A DNA stretch of 64,000 bases from the NCBI GenBank assembly GCA_973895155.1, contig OZ316896.1, positions 13,385,369 to 13,449,368 on the forward strand, given 5' to 3'. Made by a program: the position numbers and the translations under genes. The notes under the pieces are model-generated. The model worked only from the letters and a program-made list of their open reading frames with translations, was not told where the DNA came from and searched no databases. How positions within the stretch are numbered: the stretch's first letter is position 1; each line of letters starts with the position of its first letter. Shown one piece after another: positions 49,186 to 62,384 of this stretch. Source of the stretch: Marsupella aquatica (Eukaryota > Plantae > Marchantiophyta).

Positions 49186-52131
49186 ATATGACCAATTGGC
49201 TACACGTCTACTAGAGGTGATTTACTTTCTTTTCTGCAAAGAAGAAGTCTTGCCACTATTCCAGACCCCAGCAGTAATTTTCCCTTTGGGAAGGGAAATT
49301 AAGCCTAAAGAAAACCAGACTGCTTGGGAGAGGGAAAACAATGAAAAACAAGTTAAGGGTTGGAACCAAAGTTATGGACCAGAAAATAAAATGGGAGTCA
49401 TTGACTTGTCGCCCCAGCTGTGCATGCACCCAGCAAGGGCCGTGAAGGGTGGGGGGGGGGGAGGCACTCACTGAGAAACAACAGAGTCAGGCTCTCGAGG
49501 CAAGAACAAAAACTATCCAGAGGACAAGGCTGAAACCCTCCAGCCTCAATGACATGCTCACAGAGGAGCTTGCCAGCAACAGTTGAGTGAATAAAGAAAC
49601 CCAGCCAACAGCATAAAGATAGCATAGAGGACTAACCCGATATGCTGAGAGGATCACTGAAGGGCTGAGAGGATCACTGAAGGGCTAAGAAGTAGGAGGC
49701 TGGCAGTTATGAGCCAAAGTGGCTATCATGGTTATATTATATGAGGGTTTTAATCCCCACATATATTTTGAAAGCCCAAACAGAAGCAAACAAAATTCAT
49801 TGTTTGAAGGCCCAAACAGAAGCAAACACTGCTTAATTGTTGGTGGATTGATGTCCATTTGAATGGACAAACTTCACCAATTCTCATTAAAAAACACTCA
49901 TGGTGGCTTTATAGAAACTCAGGGCCATGTAGGGTGTGGTGTCTATTCATCCTACATGCCCAGTATATGGCCAAGTAAATGCTAGTGTGGAGTGCTTATT
50001 TTGTCAAAAAAAATTAGATCACCTCCAAAGTGATCCAAACACTGTCTCCTTTAATCAAGGGATTTGCATCTTTTGAACTTCATTTGAAAAGATTTTTGGT
50101 GAGGAATGGTATTTGCCACCTTTCCTCACTCTTGGTGGAGAAAAGTGAGCATTGCCAAGTCCTCTAAAAGCCACCCTCGCGAGTCATTTGGAATCCAGAT
50201 TCTTGAACACACCACCCATCCAGTCGACCCGTACCCAAAGGAAAACCAGGGAATCAAGAGGCCTTGCCACCTTGAGCCAATGAGCCGGCAAGCTAGTGCA
50301 CAAGGGACAGGTTTCATGCGTAGTTGGGTAGCAAGGCTGCAAGGCCGTCCCCTCCTATCCCTATTGCATGCACTCCTTTTGCGATGTCCCAACTCCCAAT
50401 ACAGTTCCCGTGCAGCGAGAGTTGTTGGCGTCCACGAATGTTTCCTGGCCATGCTGGGCTGAGGCTTGCACAAAGGGATCAATGATTTTCAATGATCGAT
50501 CTGGTGGTCCTTGAGAACAGTATAGGCGGATAAGAAAGGTCGGGACCGAGGACGGTCCTTGAGCTGCAACAACACTGTATGCATGGTCTGATTCAGATTT
50601 GTCATGCAACATTGTCCACCTTCACAGAAGTACAGGAAACAGTGCAAGAACTCAACGAAAGCACATATCTCCGAAAAAAGGTTTAGTTAGCGCAGTAGTG
50701 CTGACGAACGCCGAAAGTGAAAACCCAAGCATGTCAGTAAAGTACTGTACTGTGTAGCGGACATTGCGCGTTCATTTTCTTTCCGAATGTTTGGAAATTA
50801 CTTCGTCAGTGCCAACCATTACGTGTTCTATCAATTGGCAAAATTGATTGGAATCCAAACGCGTGTTCGTCCTAAATTCCTTTTGACTGTAGAAGAGCCG
50901 CACTAAACATGCATTCTACCAAGCGTGTCATGGACTTATCAGCTATGGACTGAACGTGTCTGTTCCAGTGAGTTCATGCTTAATATTCTTCGAGTTTCCG
51001 TCTTTTCTTGTAAGAAATATTAGGAAAGTAAACAGCCAAAGAGAATTTTTCTAGCGGCGAATTAGTTTTTTTTTGTTTGCCTCGAAAAAAACCAAGTGAA
51101 TTCCATTCAAATAGTCAACATACAAAGAGAAGGGGGGCACCAAAAAGGGCCACACCCAAGAGGACCTAGGGTTGATGTGCTAAAAAGACCGGTGGAGCCG
51201 GTGCCAGGGGAGAAGCTGAGCCTCATGAAGGGGCAACTAAACAAGTAATTTAGGTACTACAGCGGGAGCAGCACACTCCTAAGACCGGCCAGTGATCAGG
51301 TCCCGGCGAGGTTTCATCCAGTGGGTCCGTGAGAGAAGATAAGTTCTATCAGTCTAATTTGTAGTGCAGCTACACACCTGTTGTAAACTAGACGTTCAGG
51401 GTGGAGGGGGGGGGGGGGGAACCGGTGGGATCTGCAAGACCTCCTCATGTAGCTTCCAAAGTCCAGCCCAGGTACCATAGTCAAAAGAATTAGCTTTTTG
51501 TCGGAACATTTACTATAGTTTCTCATCTAGCAACGCACACATTCGCCAGAACCTGATAACCATCCTGAATTCTAGGGAGATCTAAGTGTTAGAAATTAAT
51601 CCTAGAAAATTAGGTAAGGATCTTCTCGTCACACATCACACACCTTAAAAAGGTGAAACCATAAAATTACCCTGGACCAAAACCTTGAAGGATTCTCTGT
51701 CTGTCTTGGCGATTTGGCATGCCTTATTGCATATCATTTCATCAAAGGTGGTCATTGCTTTGAAACATCCAATTGAAATCCATTCAAAGAGACACTATAC
51801 AATAGGGTGGCCCACAAAAGGGGGGCGGGGAGGTAATTTGGCATGGGTTATTGCATATCACTTCATCAATGGCAGTTTCGTTTTTTTGCCTTGAAACATC
51901 CAATTGGAATACATTCGAAGAGACATACAACAAGGCCACCCACAAAAGGGGGACAAACATACAACAAGGCCGCCCACAAAAGGGGACAACACCCACGGTG
52001 GGGGGGGGGGGGGGGGGTGGGGCAGGGTGGGGCTGAGGTCAAAGTGCTAGAGACAGGAGGAGCTGGTACCAAGCTAGAAGGGTCTCGGTAACTGCACATC
52101 AAAATATGACATATACTATGTAAGACACCCG

Positions 52132-52383
52132 TGCATACTTTCAATCAATGAATGCAGCCACATTTTGATGTGTGATTACCAGCAGGGAAGCTAGAAGAGA
52201 GGTCTCAGCCCAGAGACAGCTAAACAAGAGATGCAACTACATTAGGGGGAGCAACACTGCATACTTTCAATCAATGAATGCAGCCACATTTTGATGTGTG
52301 ATTACCAGCAGGGAAGCTAGAAGAGAGGTCTCAGCCCAGAGACAGCTAAACAAGAGATGCAACTACATTAGGGGGAGCAACAC
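52132..52383. repeat. 126-bp perfect tandem duplication
   Basis: TGCATACTTTCAATC...GGGGGAGCAACAC at 52132-52257 and 52258-52383. Confidence 0.9.
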
Positions 52384-55300
52384 ACTCCGTAAGACTGGCC
52401 AGTGAAGAAAGACCGGCCAGTGAAGAAGCCTCGGCGAGGGGCCATCAAGTGGGTCCATGACAAGAATGGTGGTCATTTACAGCTGGTTCTTAGGGCACCA
52501 ACAAGAGCAAATGTCTGTCAGATTGCGTTTTCCTTTGTTGGCGGTGACAGGATGGACGAGAGCAGGCAGGACAAAGAGAAAGATAAGGAGCGAACCAGCC
52601 GATTAGCCCCTCACCATCATCAAGCAAACGCTCAAAAGCCGCTGGGTTACTGTTGTAATTGGCAATGGAACTGAAATACTGCATCAACGCAGGTCCACTC
52701 CTATGGGTCTTCGTCGCGTCCAGTTCTCTTCCTGATGCGACAAAGTTGGACCGGTGGGACCTTGGAGTTTCGACCACTTCCCCAATCCACTAAAGTGACA
52801 TTTCCCCCTCAAAAGTTGCCTATGTAAAGGTTGCCGATCTATATTTCATGCTCAAATACTTCACAGTTCACACCGACCAAGAATCCTGGAGGATTCTCTG
52901 GAAAGGAGTATTCTCTGTCATCGCCGCCCTCTACGTGACAGTAGATATCTTATTCTGTCCATTTCTGTTTTGACCATATTTCCGCGGTCAAAGAAGAAAT
53001 TCTAAAATATCACCAACGTGATCCTACAGATATCTGGACATCTGGTGATGATTTTTCATGATCTTGACGAGCTTTCAAAGCTTGAGTACTTTTCTGCAGC
53101 TAGAGGACTAGAGGAGAGAATGACGCTGTAGGTTCCCCCCATTTCACTCTCGACTCTTCTCCTTTGCCCACTCGTTCACCAGCTCAGGCACGAACAAATC
53201 ACCTGTCAATCTGTCATCATAGCAAAACTAACAGTATGTCGCAAGACAGTTCGACAATGCTTCCAGTCTCGACATTGAATTGATGATTGTGTTCGTGTCA
53301 GAAATCCAGCGACTACAGATTTTCTGCATACAGCAAGGGCGGCCCAGAGTTCCATGTGCCTAATAAAAGCCGCTGAGGCCGGCGCCAGAGAATTGAACCA
53401 GGATTAGCCACAAAATCTCGACAGTCTAAAGCATCGCACGTATTGCCGGCCACTGTAGTTTTGGGGAAATGAACTGTCTGCTGAAAATCACTCGTTCTAA
53501 GAGAATCGACGATTGATATTGCTTGATACTCTCTCACAGGTTCCCAGATTAGTCGGCCCGCATTTTTCTGCAAAGCAGCCGGGTTTTGAGGCGCTTTGCG
53601 GCAGTCTTTTACTAGGAGCTTTACTCGGGGCTTTACTCGGATTCTGGATTCAGCACTGCTCCGAATCGGCAATTTGCACATCTCGCGGCGTCTCTTTTCT
53701 ATATTTCCAGATTTTCCGGAAGTGCTGTATCCACAGTAGGCTCTCCTAAGTGCACAATCCATAAGTGGAAACCCCAACTAATTGCAACGACGCCATGTTT
53801 TTCCTTTTTATTTGACTGTATTTGTACTTTTTGTTACGTGCAAGAGAGCTGCACTAAATGACAAACATTTGATTGGAAAACCAGTTAGTGTTTATGAACA
53901 GTTATGTTTAAGCGCACAATTCCTTGACGTAACTCATTGACAAGTGCATGTCATTTTAGGTAGAGTACAAATTTGCAGCTACCAGATGGGGAATATCGTT
54001 CAGGGCAACTGTACACTGTTATTGATAAATGCAATTGCAGGTTTTTGCACTGATGACAAAGTGCAAATTTGAGTACAAACCAGATGCCTCTTGGGAGGAG
54101 TGTGCATTCAGAGAGAGCCCATTGTAATACTTCCAAGAATCCAAGTCACTGAGGTGAGGAGCACTTCACAGTATAGAGTCCTGTAAATCACAGCTGGATG
54201 AGTGCTCCTGTAGGATGAGTCCTCCTGTAGCACTACTTACGGGTGTCTTGCATGTGAAAATTTGTGGCCCTCAACATTCCTAAATATGCACTGTAAAGCA
54301 GTTTTGCTTGTCCACATGATCTGTGTCACTTTTTGTCTCATTATCAAATTGCACTGTAAAGCAGTTTTTGCTTGTCCACATGACCTGTGTCACTTTCTGT
54401 CTCATTCTCAAGTCACAGGTCTGGCAGTCAAAGACAGGAAAGTTTGGGGAAAGTTTGGGGCCCTTGCTCTTAGAAACCCTCAATGACTGCCGTCAGGACT
54501 GCCTGGGGAGAGGGTTGTGGCATGAAAGCCTCTCGCATTCATAGCTGCCATCAGTTCAATTAAAGGCTGGTTTTTTCTTATGCAAGAGTGTCTTAAACTT
54601 GGCAGCAATGGCTCCTAATCAAGGTTGTGATGATAATACAACTAAACAGAATCTTTACTTTTGACATCTTCGTGTGACATAGGCTGAGGCGATGCAATCC
54701 TGGTTCTTATAACAGTGTACTCACCGACATGGATGGACATCCATTCCCCTCCTAAAAGTTGGGGATTACTTGCAAGAGTGGAGATTATTTGGATTGCTGG
54801 GGTCTTGTTACGCAAAAGGGGAGGTAGGTGGGGCTGGTTGAAGGTTGAATAAAACAGCAATAGCGTACGCTTGGTCTTAGGAAGAACATTGGTGGAGCTT
54901 GGCTGGCATGAATGTTGTGCCTCAATCAGCCCATCTAAGATGGACTTTGTCAATTGGCACCTTCCCACGCTGTACTTTTCTATTCTAGCAGCCCAGCATC
55001 TTATCACTTGTCTATGGTACAGTCAGCCCAAATTTTCTGAAATTGGTAGGAAGTTTCCATTTTAATTTCCCTGTCCCCCAAGCTGTTCAATATTAGTGAC
55101 ATGTCCACCAAACAATTTAATTGTCAGGCTGGCCTATTTGTAAAAGGGTTGATTTAACCAGATTATCAATTCAACTAGTTTGGGGAATAGGATTGTAAAA
55201 TACCATAAGAATTTTATTGCAAATGCATCACAGAGGTACAGCATAATTATGCAAAGGTGACCATCAATCACAACAATGTCTGTCTGGGCTGAACTTCCTA

Positions 55301-55526
55301 GAACAACATGTAATGGCAGACAAGGCCTGAGATGAGATTGTAGTTCTATGATCAAGTCTAGACCACCTAGGTCCCTGAAGAAGAAAATTTGAGACATAGA
55401 AGGTAGGAAACCAGAGATTCTTGGATAGTGGTTTGATGAGAGTGATGGCATTTGAGCAGCTTGGCTCCTCCAAATAGAATAAGGAAAATGCAGGTGAAGG
55501 TTTAGTTTGCTTGTTTTGATTCAAGG

Positions 55527-55868
55527 TGTTTGGAAAACCGGCACCATACAATCATGAGCACAACCGGCAAGCATAGACACATTGATATCAAGAGATGTGT
55601 GGTTCACCTCCACTGGGACTACATCCATGAGAACAAAAAGCCTTTTACTAAACTTTGGTCACCATGGTCACACAAAGTCTCCTTGTCCAAGCTCTCATAT
55701 TAGCATCTAGCTAGCTCCCTCAACAACAAGCATGAGTCTCCGAGTAAAGCTCTCCCTAGCCCCTCTATATGCTAGATGCAAGAGTCATGATTAACTACCA
55801 TTAACACCCTAATGGTGATTTATCCAAAGTAACTAGGAGTTAACCCAAGACTAGAGTTAACCCTTACA
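55527..55868. mobile_element. Solo LTR, 342 bp (probably Ty1/copia-type)
   Basis: TGT...ACA termini with a 5-bp TSD CAAGG (55522-55526, 55869-55873). The internal GTGGTTCACCTCCACTGGGACTACATCCA resembles a motif common in plant copia LTRs. Confidence 0.7.
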
Positions 55869-56036
55869 CAAGGGAGCGACTTGCAAAACTAGTTGCAATG
55901 TTTTTTGGGGGACTAAAAGTTGTTCATCGTGAAATGCAAGTCCCCCATTACACAATGAAGTAGAGTGATTTTAATGTAAGTGCCCACTTATAGTGTAAAG
56001 TTTGAGTCCTCAAAATAATAAAGTGTAAGTGCCCAA

Positions 56037-56167
56037 GTCCAAAGAAGCATGGTTGTGTGGTAGCTCATTTGAATGGTGACCAATAGTTATTGGGTTGGAA
56101 TGTTATGTCCAAATCTTCTTTTTCTATGGGGTTTCACAAATTTAATGCTTAAATTTTAAAAATAAAA
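56037..56167 (+). mobile_element. tRNA-like SINE, family 1, copy 4
   Basis: Same consensus with a 13-bp TSD TGTAAGTGCCCAA (56024-56036, 56168-56180). Confidence 0.75.
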
Positions 56168-58600
56168 TGTAAGTGCCCAAATCTAACCTTGCAAGATGTG
56201 AAGGAATTCATGATAAGGTCCTTTTGGACCATCTACTGTGAAAACTGACACCAAGTAACATTACAGTGCATACTCAAAAGTAATATTCACTAGTTAGGGT
56301 AGTACCTCTAACCCGTAGACCGTTTGCTTACTTTATACACGCGTGCTTGGGCCATTATTAAAGTCGTGTTCCACTTAAAGACAGCTGCTTTCTATATAAA
56401 TTAGAATTAGAAAACATGTGAATTAGAATTGTGGACGAGACACTCGCTCCATTGTGTATGGGTAGGCACGCGCAAAAGAGTAGTGGGTATAACTTTACAA
56501 ATATGTAAAGTGGGTTGTACATTCACTATGAATACGAGTGTAGAGGAGGTCTGGTGGAGATGTTAAAGAATGACTCAAGTTGAAGCTTCTCGAGTGCTAC
56601 TGCAACTTGGTTCCACGTAAGACCCGTCAAAAAAAGAAGAAGAAAGATATTGACCCTTACTGTAGGGTCCTCCTGATTTCACCCCATACAATTTCCCGTC
56701 TGCAATTAAAATTTGACTCCAACTAACGCAAATGTTACTACCCTCCATACCAGCTGTCTTACTCAATTCTGTCATCTAGGGACAATCAGTTTGTTATCTA
56801 TACTCAACTCTTGAACAAAGTTTAACTTTCATTACACTAAACCCCTTGCACTAAGTCATTGATTGTAATTTCTCTGGTAGCATTTGTTTTCAATTTTAGA
56901 CAGTGTTTAAGAGTAGTGACGGGCATGGGGAGTCTGCCTAAGAGAAACCCTTCCTATGCATATGAATGGATGTTTGGGCTAGTTTGAAGGGTTGCGTGCA
57001 TCAAGGCTTCCAGGCTGGTCATGGCTAACGGGCCAATAAAGGTTAACTTGAGTTCTGGATGCTAAGCAAATTGAGATACTTGAGTAACTTGCCTGTCTTT
57101 CTTTCTGTGCAACATTGATTGTTTTTAATTCAAAGAAATTGGAATGCCCCTAAACATAAAACTCCTGTCGTCCCTTCATTTTTCATTCTTATACTATTTT
57201 CATCAAGAGAATTAAAATACTCTGTTAAATTGTATTTTAAACCCTTTCATCAAGAGACTATAAACAATCTTAAATTTTACATGACAAAAGTAGTTAGAGA
57301 AGGTTTCAAAAGGACTCCCAACATTTTGTCAGTAGGGCTGAAATTGTTAGTACTTATTTGTTATTTTAAAGGGATGGCACTACGGTAACCTGGGTCGTGG
57401 CTACCGTTTCTACAAGTCGAGGTCAACCTGCGTCATGGCTACGAAGCTACTCTAGTCATGGCTACGGGGTTAGCCTTGGTCAAGCCTACCGGGCCACCTA
57501 CCAATGTGACGAAGTCCCTTTCCTCCAGGGTTTCGACTGTACTGTAAAGTACTAAAGTGTAAACGTACGCAGCGGTGACAGAATCCAACGGATTACAGTA
57601 CAGGCGTACTGTACACGCCCGCCGCCGTCGCTGCTCAGTTCTGCGAGGACGGATTAAACCAGGTGTGTAAACTTTATTGTTACTTTAGCCTTCTCTCCCG
57701 CGGTCCCGCCTCCATCTTGCCAGGTTGCGCGGGGCACGGACAGGTGCCAGCGTCAGAGCTCGCGTGGCAGTGTGACACCACCTGCCTTACAGTCATTATT
57801 AATCCCAGCGTCGCCTTTGCCACCTCTAAAGATGAAAGTGCAGCTCATCAATATTCAAAGGTAGTGCCAGTTTCCCTTGTCTGGCGGGACAGGCCACGAC
57901 GGTCGACGGCCTTATCAGGCACCGCTAAACAGGGGCTGCTGCCAAGTGCCACCGCCGCTTAATTAAGGTAATATGCTATAACTGACAGGAGATTATAGCC
58001 GGTGCTCTAATCGTGGCGCCGTTCCGTAATGAGATTTTGCCGTATGCGAAAGCGGTTTCAAGATTATAAAGTCTGAAGTTGGGTCACGATTTCACGTATT
58101 TCGGTACGCCGCTAAAGTCGGAGCTTCGCTAATGATGAGTTCGAAAGATGGGGAGTAAATTAAAGAGGGAATGCTTGGTTGCCTCTACCAGTAAAACTTT
58201 AGTTCGTCAGTCCAAGAAAACTTGTTACCCTGAACAAGCCCCTTTTAATCAGCTGTACACTAAGTTATTCTATAAAAATATACATATATAAGACAAAAGT
58301 ACACAGATCCCTACCTTGCCTTAGAGCATCTCCAACGGTGGCTGGGTCCGTTACACTAACGCTATCTTAACCAAACCCCGTAAGACAGAGGGAAAAAACC
58401 TAGCCCAACGGGATGCCGCTAGCGCTATCGCACATCCCGCATACGGGGTTTCAGCTTACGCAAACGCTAAAGTTTGCCTCGCATAGCGCATTGACTGTAT
58501 AATTTGGCCCTCGACGGGGTTTATCCAGATCACGATCTGACGGTCGTGGCAAGGCTGTGCTCCGTGCGGGAAGGAGATCATCCGTGTGAAACTCCCCAAA

Positions 58601-59749
58601 ATGCAAACTGAAGCGTTTCCCGCTTCGACTCGAGATTCCACTCTACAACATTGGAATTGGGGATGGCAGATACACGTTTTCCAAGCGTGCATTCTGAAAC
58701 TTCAAGTGTTGATTCAGAAGTCTGATGTGTACTGGACCAAGATTGAGGCCCATTTCACGAAAGCCATGTCTGAATTCAGGAGGAAGTTCCCAGGTATCGT
58801 GAAGAACGTCCCAAGGTCGATTCGCTCATTGGGATCGAAATGGAGCGAGATCAACCATGACTGTGCAAAGTTTACCGGAGCCATGTCAACAATCATTGAG
58901 TTGAATGAGTCTGGCACAAACGAAGAGGAGCAAATGGAGAAGGCAAAGGCACTTTACCAACAAACTCACAAGAAGGGCCTGGAGTTTACTATGGATGGCG
59001 CCTGGAAAATCCTGAAGGATTCTCCAAAGTGGCAGGTTGTAGCACGATTGAACGACAAGCATCTCGAGCGAGCCTCCAAGCGGAAGAAGGCCAAAAATTC
59101 CCGAGATGCAGAAAGCGAAGCAATCGATTTGGCCGATGATGATAGCCCCACGAAAGAGAGTGCTACACCTGAGATGGTTACCGATCGCCCGATTGGTAAC
59201 AAAAAAGCTAAAGAGTTGGCTGCATTGGAGAGAAAGGCGTTGAAGAACAAGAGCTCATTGGCTGAATCGACATCGGCAATTGCAGCTGCATTAAATCGGA
59301 GAGCTCGAGCCATGGAGGATGTGTATGAAATCCAATTGTTTTCAGTGAACATGGAAAACCTCGATGAGCAGACACAAAAAAATTTGAGAAAGAAGAGGGA
59401 GGTGGCAGAGCTGCAGCTCATGAAGCAACTAAAATCAGTGGAACCCTTGAGGAAGGAATCTGTGTCCCTCACCAGGACAATGCAAGACCAAGAGAATGTG
59501 CCACCATTTCGAACACATAGAGAGGGCAGTACCAATCAATTCCATGGCGTTGAAGGGGAGGACGGGGAAGAAGATGGTGAAGATGTTGAAGACCTGGAAG
59601 ACTCGCCTCCGGTTGGAGAGGATGCCCACAATTCGGTTGGTGGCGAAAGCAAAACGCCCATGCACAATGAAAGTCAGCCATGGATGGAGGCCTATCTGCA
59701 GACCTCCATCCAGTACCAAGACGTTACCAATTTATACAGCTTCATGTAG
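58601..59749 (+). CDS. Harbinger/Pong ORF1-like protein (Myb/SANT-like DNA-binding region plus NAM-associated-like region); 5' part of the Myb-like domain appears missing
   Basis: Open frame 58586-59749 (first ATG at 58601) inside the TIRs. QKSDVYWTKIEAHF...RSIRSLGSKWSEINHDCAKF, EFTMDGAWKILKDSPKW and RPIGNKKAK are typical of Pong ORF1. The true start is uncertain. Confidence 0.75.
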   Translation: MQTEAFPASTRDSTLQHWNWGWQIHVFQACILKLQVLIQKSDVYWTKIEAHFTKAMSEFRRKFPGIVKNVPRSIRSLGSKWSEINHDCAKFTGAMSTIIELNESGTNEEEQMEKAKALYQQTHKKGLEFTMDGAWKILKDSPKWQVVARLNDKHLERASKRKKAKNSRDAESEAIDLADDDSPTKESATPEMVTDRPIGNKKAKELAALERKALKNKSSLAESTSAIAAALNRRARAMEDVYEIQLFSVNMENLDEQTQKNLRKKREVAELQLMKQLKSVEPLRKESVSLTRTMQDQENVPPFRTHREGSTNQFHGVEGEDGEEDGEDVEDLEDSPPVGEDAHNSVGGESKTPMHNESQPWMEAYLQTSIQYQDVTNLYSFM

Positions 59750-60064
59750 TTTTACCAGACAATCAAATAGCAAGCAATGTCAAGGCATTGAATACAGTGA
59801 CTCATGCCTGGGGTAATGTACATGATTGAATTCAGGAATACAGACTGCCATTTTTATATTGCATTGCAAATGTATCCACATTTCCTCCTATTTTGAAGAA
59901 CCACATTGTGTCTACAAATTGCTAAGTGTTTGCAGCCATGATTGTCGCATCATAATTCTGTGTGCAATGGAGCTTATGGGCCAAACACTGCCAAGCTCTG
60001 TCGATCCCTACGATACTAAAAAACATGGCCAACTCCTTGCACATCATCTGCAGAGTATGAATCC

Positions 60065-60543
60065 TCAGGGAGATCGCCACTCCCATCTATAGCCACTGGA
60101 ATCGAGTTTGCCATCCTCCGAGTCAGAAGACAAGTTGGAAGGATTGTCCCTCCATTCCTTCTCTCTCTCCTCCTCTTTCTCGAGCTCAAATCGAACAATA
60201 GCTCGTGCCTTCCTTCGAGCCTTGAACTTCGGTCTTGGGACAATTGGAATGTAGTACTCCTCTTGCAATGGCGGGGCTACATTTGCTGGTACCTGTGGTG
60301 CCACTACCGGGGCCGGAGTCACAGCTCTTGCTCGCACAACGCTACCTTCGCCAACAACGGGTGCCACTACGGGAAGGCTCGACCGAGCCTGGGATGAGCT
60401 GCCCTCCTCCACATGATGTGAGATGGTGTGGTAGCAGGAGCAACGTCTTCGGAATCGCTTGATGACAACATAATCACGTCTGCACCACTCGAGCTGGAGA
60501 CATGCTTGCCATATCTTTTAATCACAACCTTTGGCCTCGCCAT
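60065..60543 (-). pseudogene. Possible third, frameshifted ORF inside the Pong-like element; function unknown
   Basis: ATG at 60543 gives MARPKVVIKRYGKHVSSSSGADVIMLSSSDSED.... One frameshift near 60420 joins it to EEGSSSQARSSLPVVAPVV...PKFKARRKARAIVRFELEKEEEREKEWRD...YRWEWRSP*. The composition is protein-like but I recognise no domain. Confidence 0.4.
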
Positions 60544-61064
60544 AGTGCAGAAAATGGAGGATATAGGCCAAACAGCTTGCCTCAAGGAAATGGAGATGCT
60601 GAACTCAGAGAATCAAAGGAGATGGTGATGGACGAGCGCTGTGGGTGGACCCTTAGGGAGACGGGAACCCACATTGGGATTCAGGAATACAAAGGCGCGT
60701 TGTCGAAGGCTTAAGAATCTGCCTCACAAAATTGTGTGAGACTGTGTGAAGACGTGCATACCAAAGCTGTGTACCGTTGAACGTATTGTGTGGGTACTAG
60801 ACGTTGTACACACATGAATTGCAATTAATTGTGTGGTTACCTTTCAGCATCGCTTGTGCGAGTCCAATGGCCATAGGGATGTGATAGGGAAAGAGAAGGG
60901 GAAGATTCCAACCTTAATTCCATACGCATTGATCGAACCGGGGCTTTGAATTCAGTTCCACAATTTAGGGTACATTGCTCAAACAGAGCTTTCTGAAAAA
61001 ATAAAACGGTATCCTATCCAAGGACTCGTACTAGGCTGAACTCTATCAGCTGCTGATCACTAAA

Positions 61065-62384
61065 TCACTCCTCGTCTTCTTCACCTCTGATTTGCCACAA
61101 ATGTTCTACCAGATCCTCCCTCAGTTGATGAGCTCTTTCAGCGTTGGCAATCAATTCCACATTGTGTGTCAGCCCTGCAAATGTCAGTGGAGGTCGTGGC
61201 CTGTGCTGCCACTGAGCCTCATTCCTCTCAAACAAATAATCTTGTGTCAACTCAAGTTAGTCTGCCTCGTCCTCAATGATCATGTTGTGTAAAATCACTG
61301 CTGCTTTCCATATCAACTGCATCTGATCTCGGCTCCACCATCGTGCAGGGTTCTTCACCATTGCAAACCGGGCTTGAAGCACACCAAAACATCGCTCCAC
61401 ATCTTTCCGCATTGACTCTTGTCGCTTGGCATACCATTTCCTCTTCGCACCTTGAGGATCGGCTATGGTTTTCATAAAGATGGTGTAGTCAGGGTAGATG
61501 CCATCGGCCAAGAGATAGAACATTTTGTACTCATGGCCGTTCACAAAAAACGTAACATTTGGAGCTACCCCATTCAACAAGTTTACCAAGAGTGGAGATC
61601 TATCAATGACATTGATGTCATTATTAGATCCAGGAATACCAGCAAAGGCATGCCATATCCAGAGGTCTGAGGTTGCAATTGCTTCAAGGACAATTGAATT
61701 TAAACCATCCTTGTCTCAAAATTGGCCTTGCTCTCCCACTGGGCAATTCTTCCATGTCCAGTGAGTGCAATCCAGGGATCCAAACATTCCTGGGAAGCCT
61801 CGCTTTCGATTGATCTCCATGTGCCTTCGTACATCCTCCTTTGTAGGATGCCTAAGGTATTCGTCTCCAAAGCAATTCACAATAGCTTCCACAAAGTGCT
61901 TAAAGGCAGATATGGCAGTAGACTCTCCAATCCTGACGTATTCATCCACTGCATCCCCTGCTGAACCATAGCACAACATCCGCAAAGATGCTGTCATTTT
62001 TTGGATGCTGCTGAGGCCTGGTTTCCCAACAACATCGGGCCTCTGCACAAAGTAATGATCTTCAGGGAGAATCTTATTGTGAATGCGGATAAAGAGTTGC
62101 CTTCTCATCCGAAACCGCCTCCTAAACAAGTGAGGTGGAAATGCTGCAAACTGTGAGAAGTAATCTCCCCAAATTCGATCGTGGCCTGCAACATGATCAC
62201 GAAATATGTTTGGGGAGCGGCCAATTATCGAACCTCCGTGTGTTCGATTCAAGACATCAGACATCTCTTCCAGCATGTCACTTTCTTCAAGCAATTGGGT
62301 GATGTGATCGGCAAGGACATCTTCAATGTCATCATCAGACAATGCCCGATCAGCTGTCCATTGTTCGAATTGAGCACGTTCCAT
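61065..62384 (-). pseudogene. Pong-like Harbinger DDE transposase (Plant_tran type) with two in-frame nonsense codons
   Basis: One reading frame across three ORF pieces: FRRRFRMRRQLFIRI, GLSSIQKMTASLRMLCYG, RGFPGMFGSLDCTHWTWKNCP, DLWIWHAFAGIPGSNNDINV, YLLADGIYP, QESMRKDVERCFGVLQARF, ILHNMIIEDE, HQLREDLVEHLW. In-frame stops are TGA at 61716-61718 and TAA at 61257-61259. Confidence 0.9.

Noticed and set aside
57991-58009. GGTGCTC+TAA resembling a Harbinger/Tourist right TIR
   Set aside because: I found no matching left TIR in the window.
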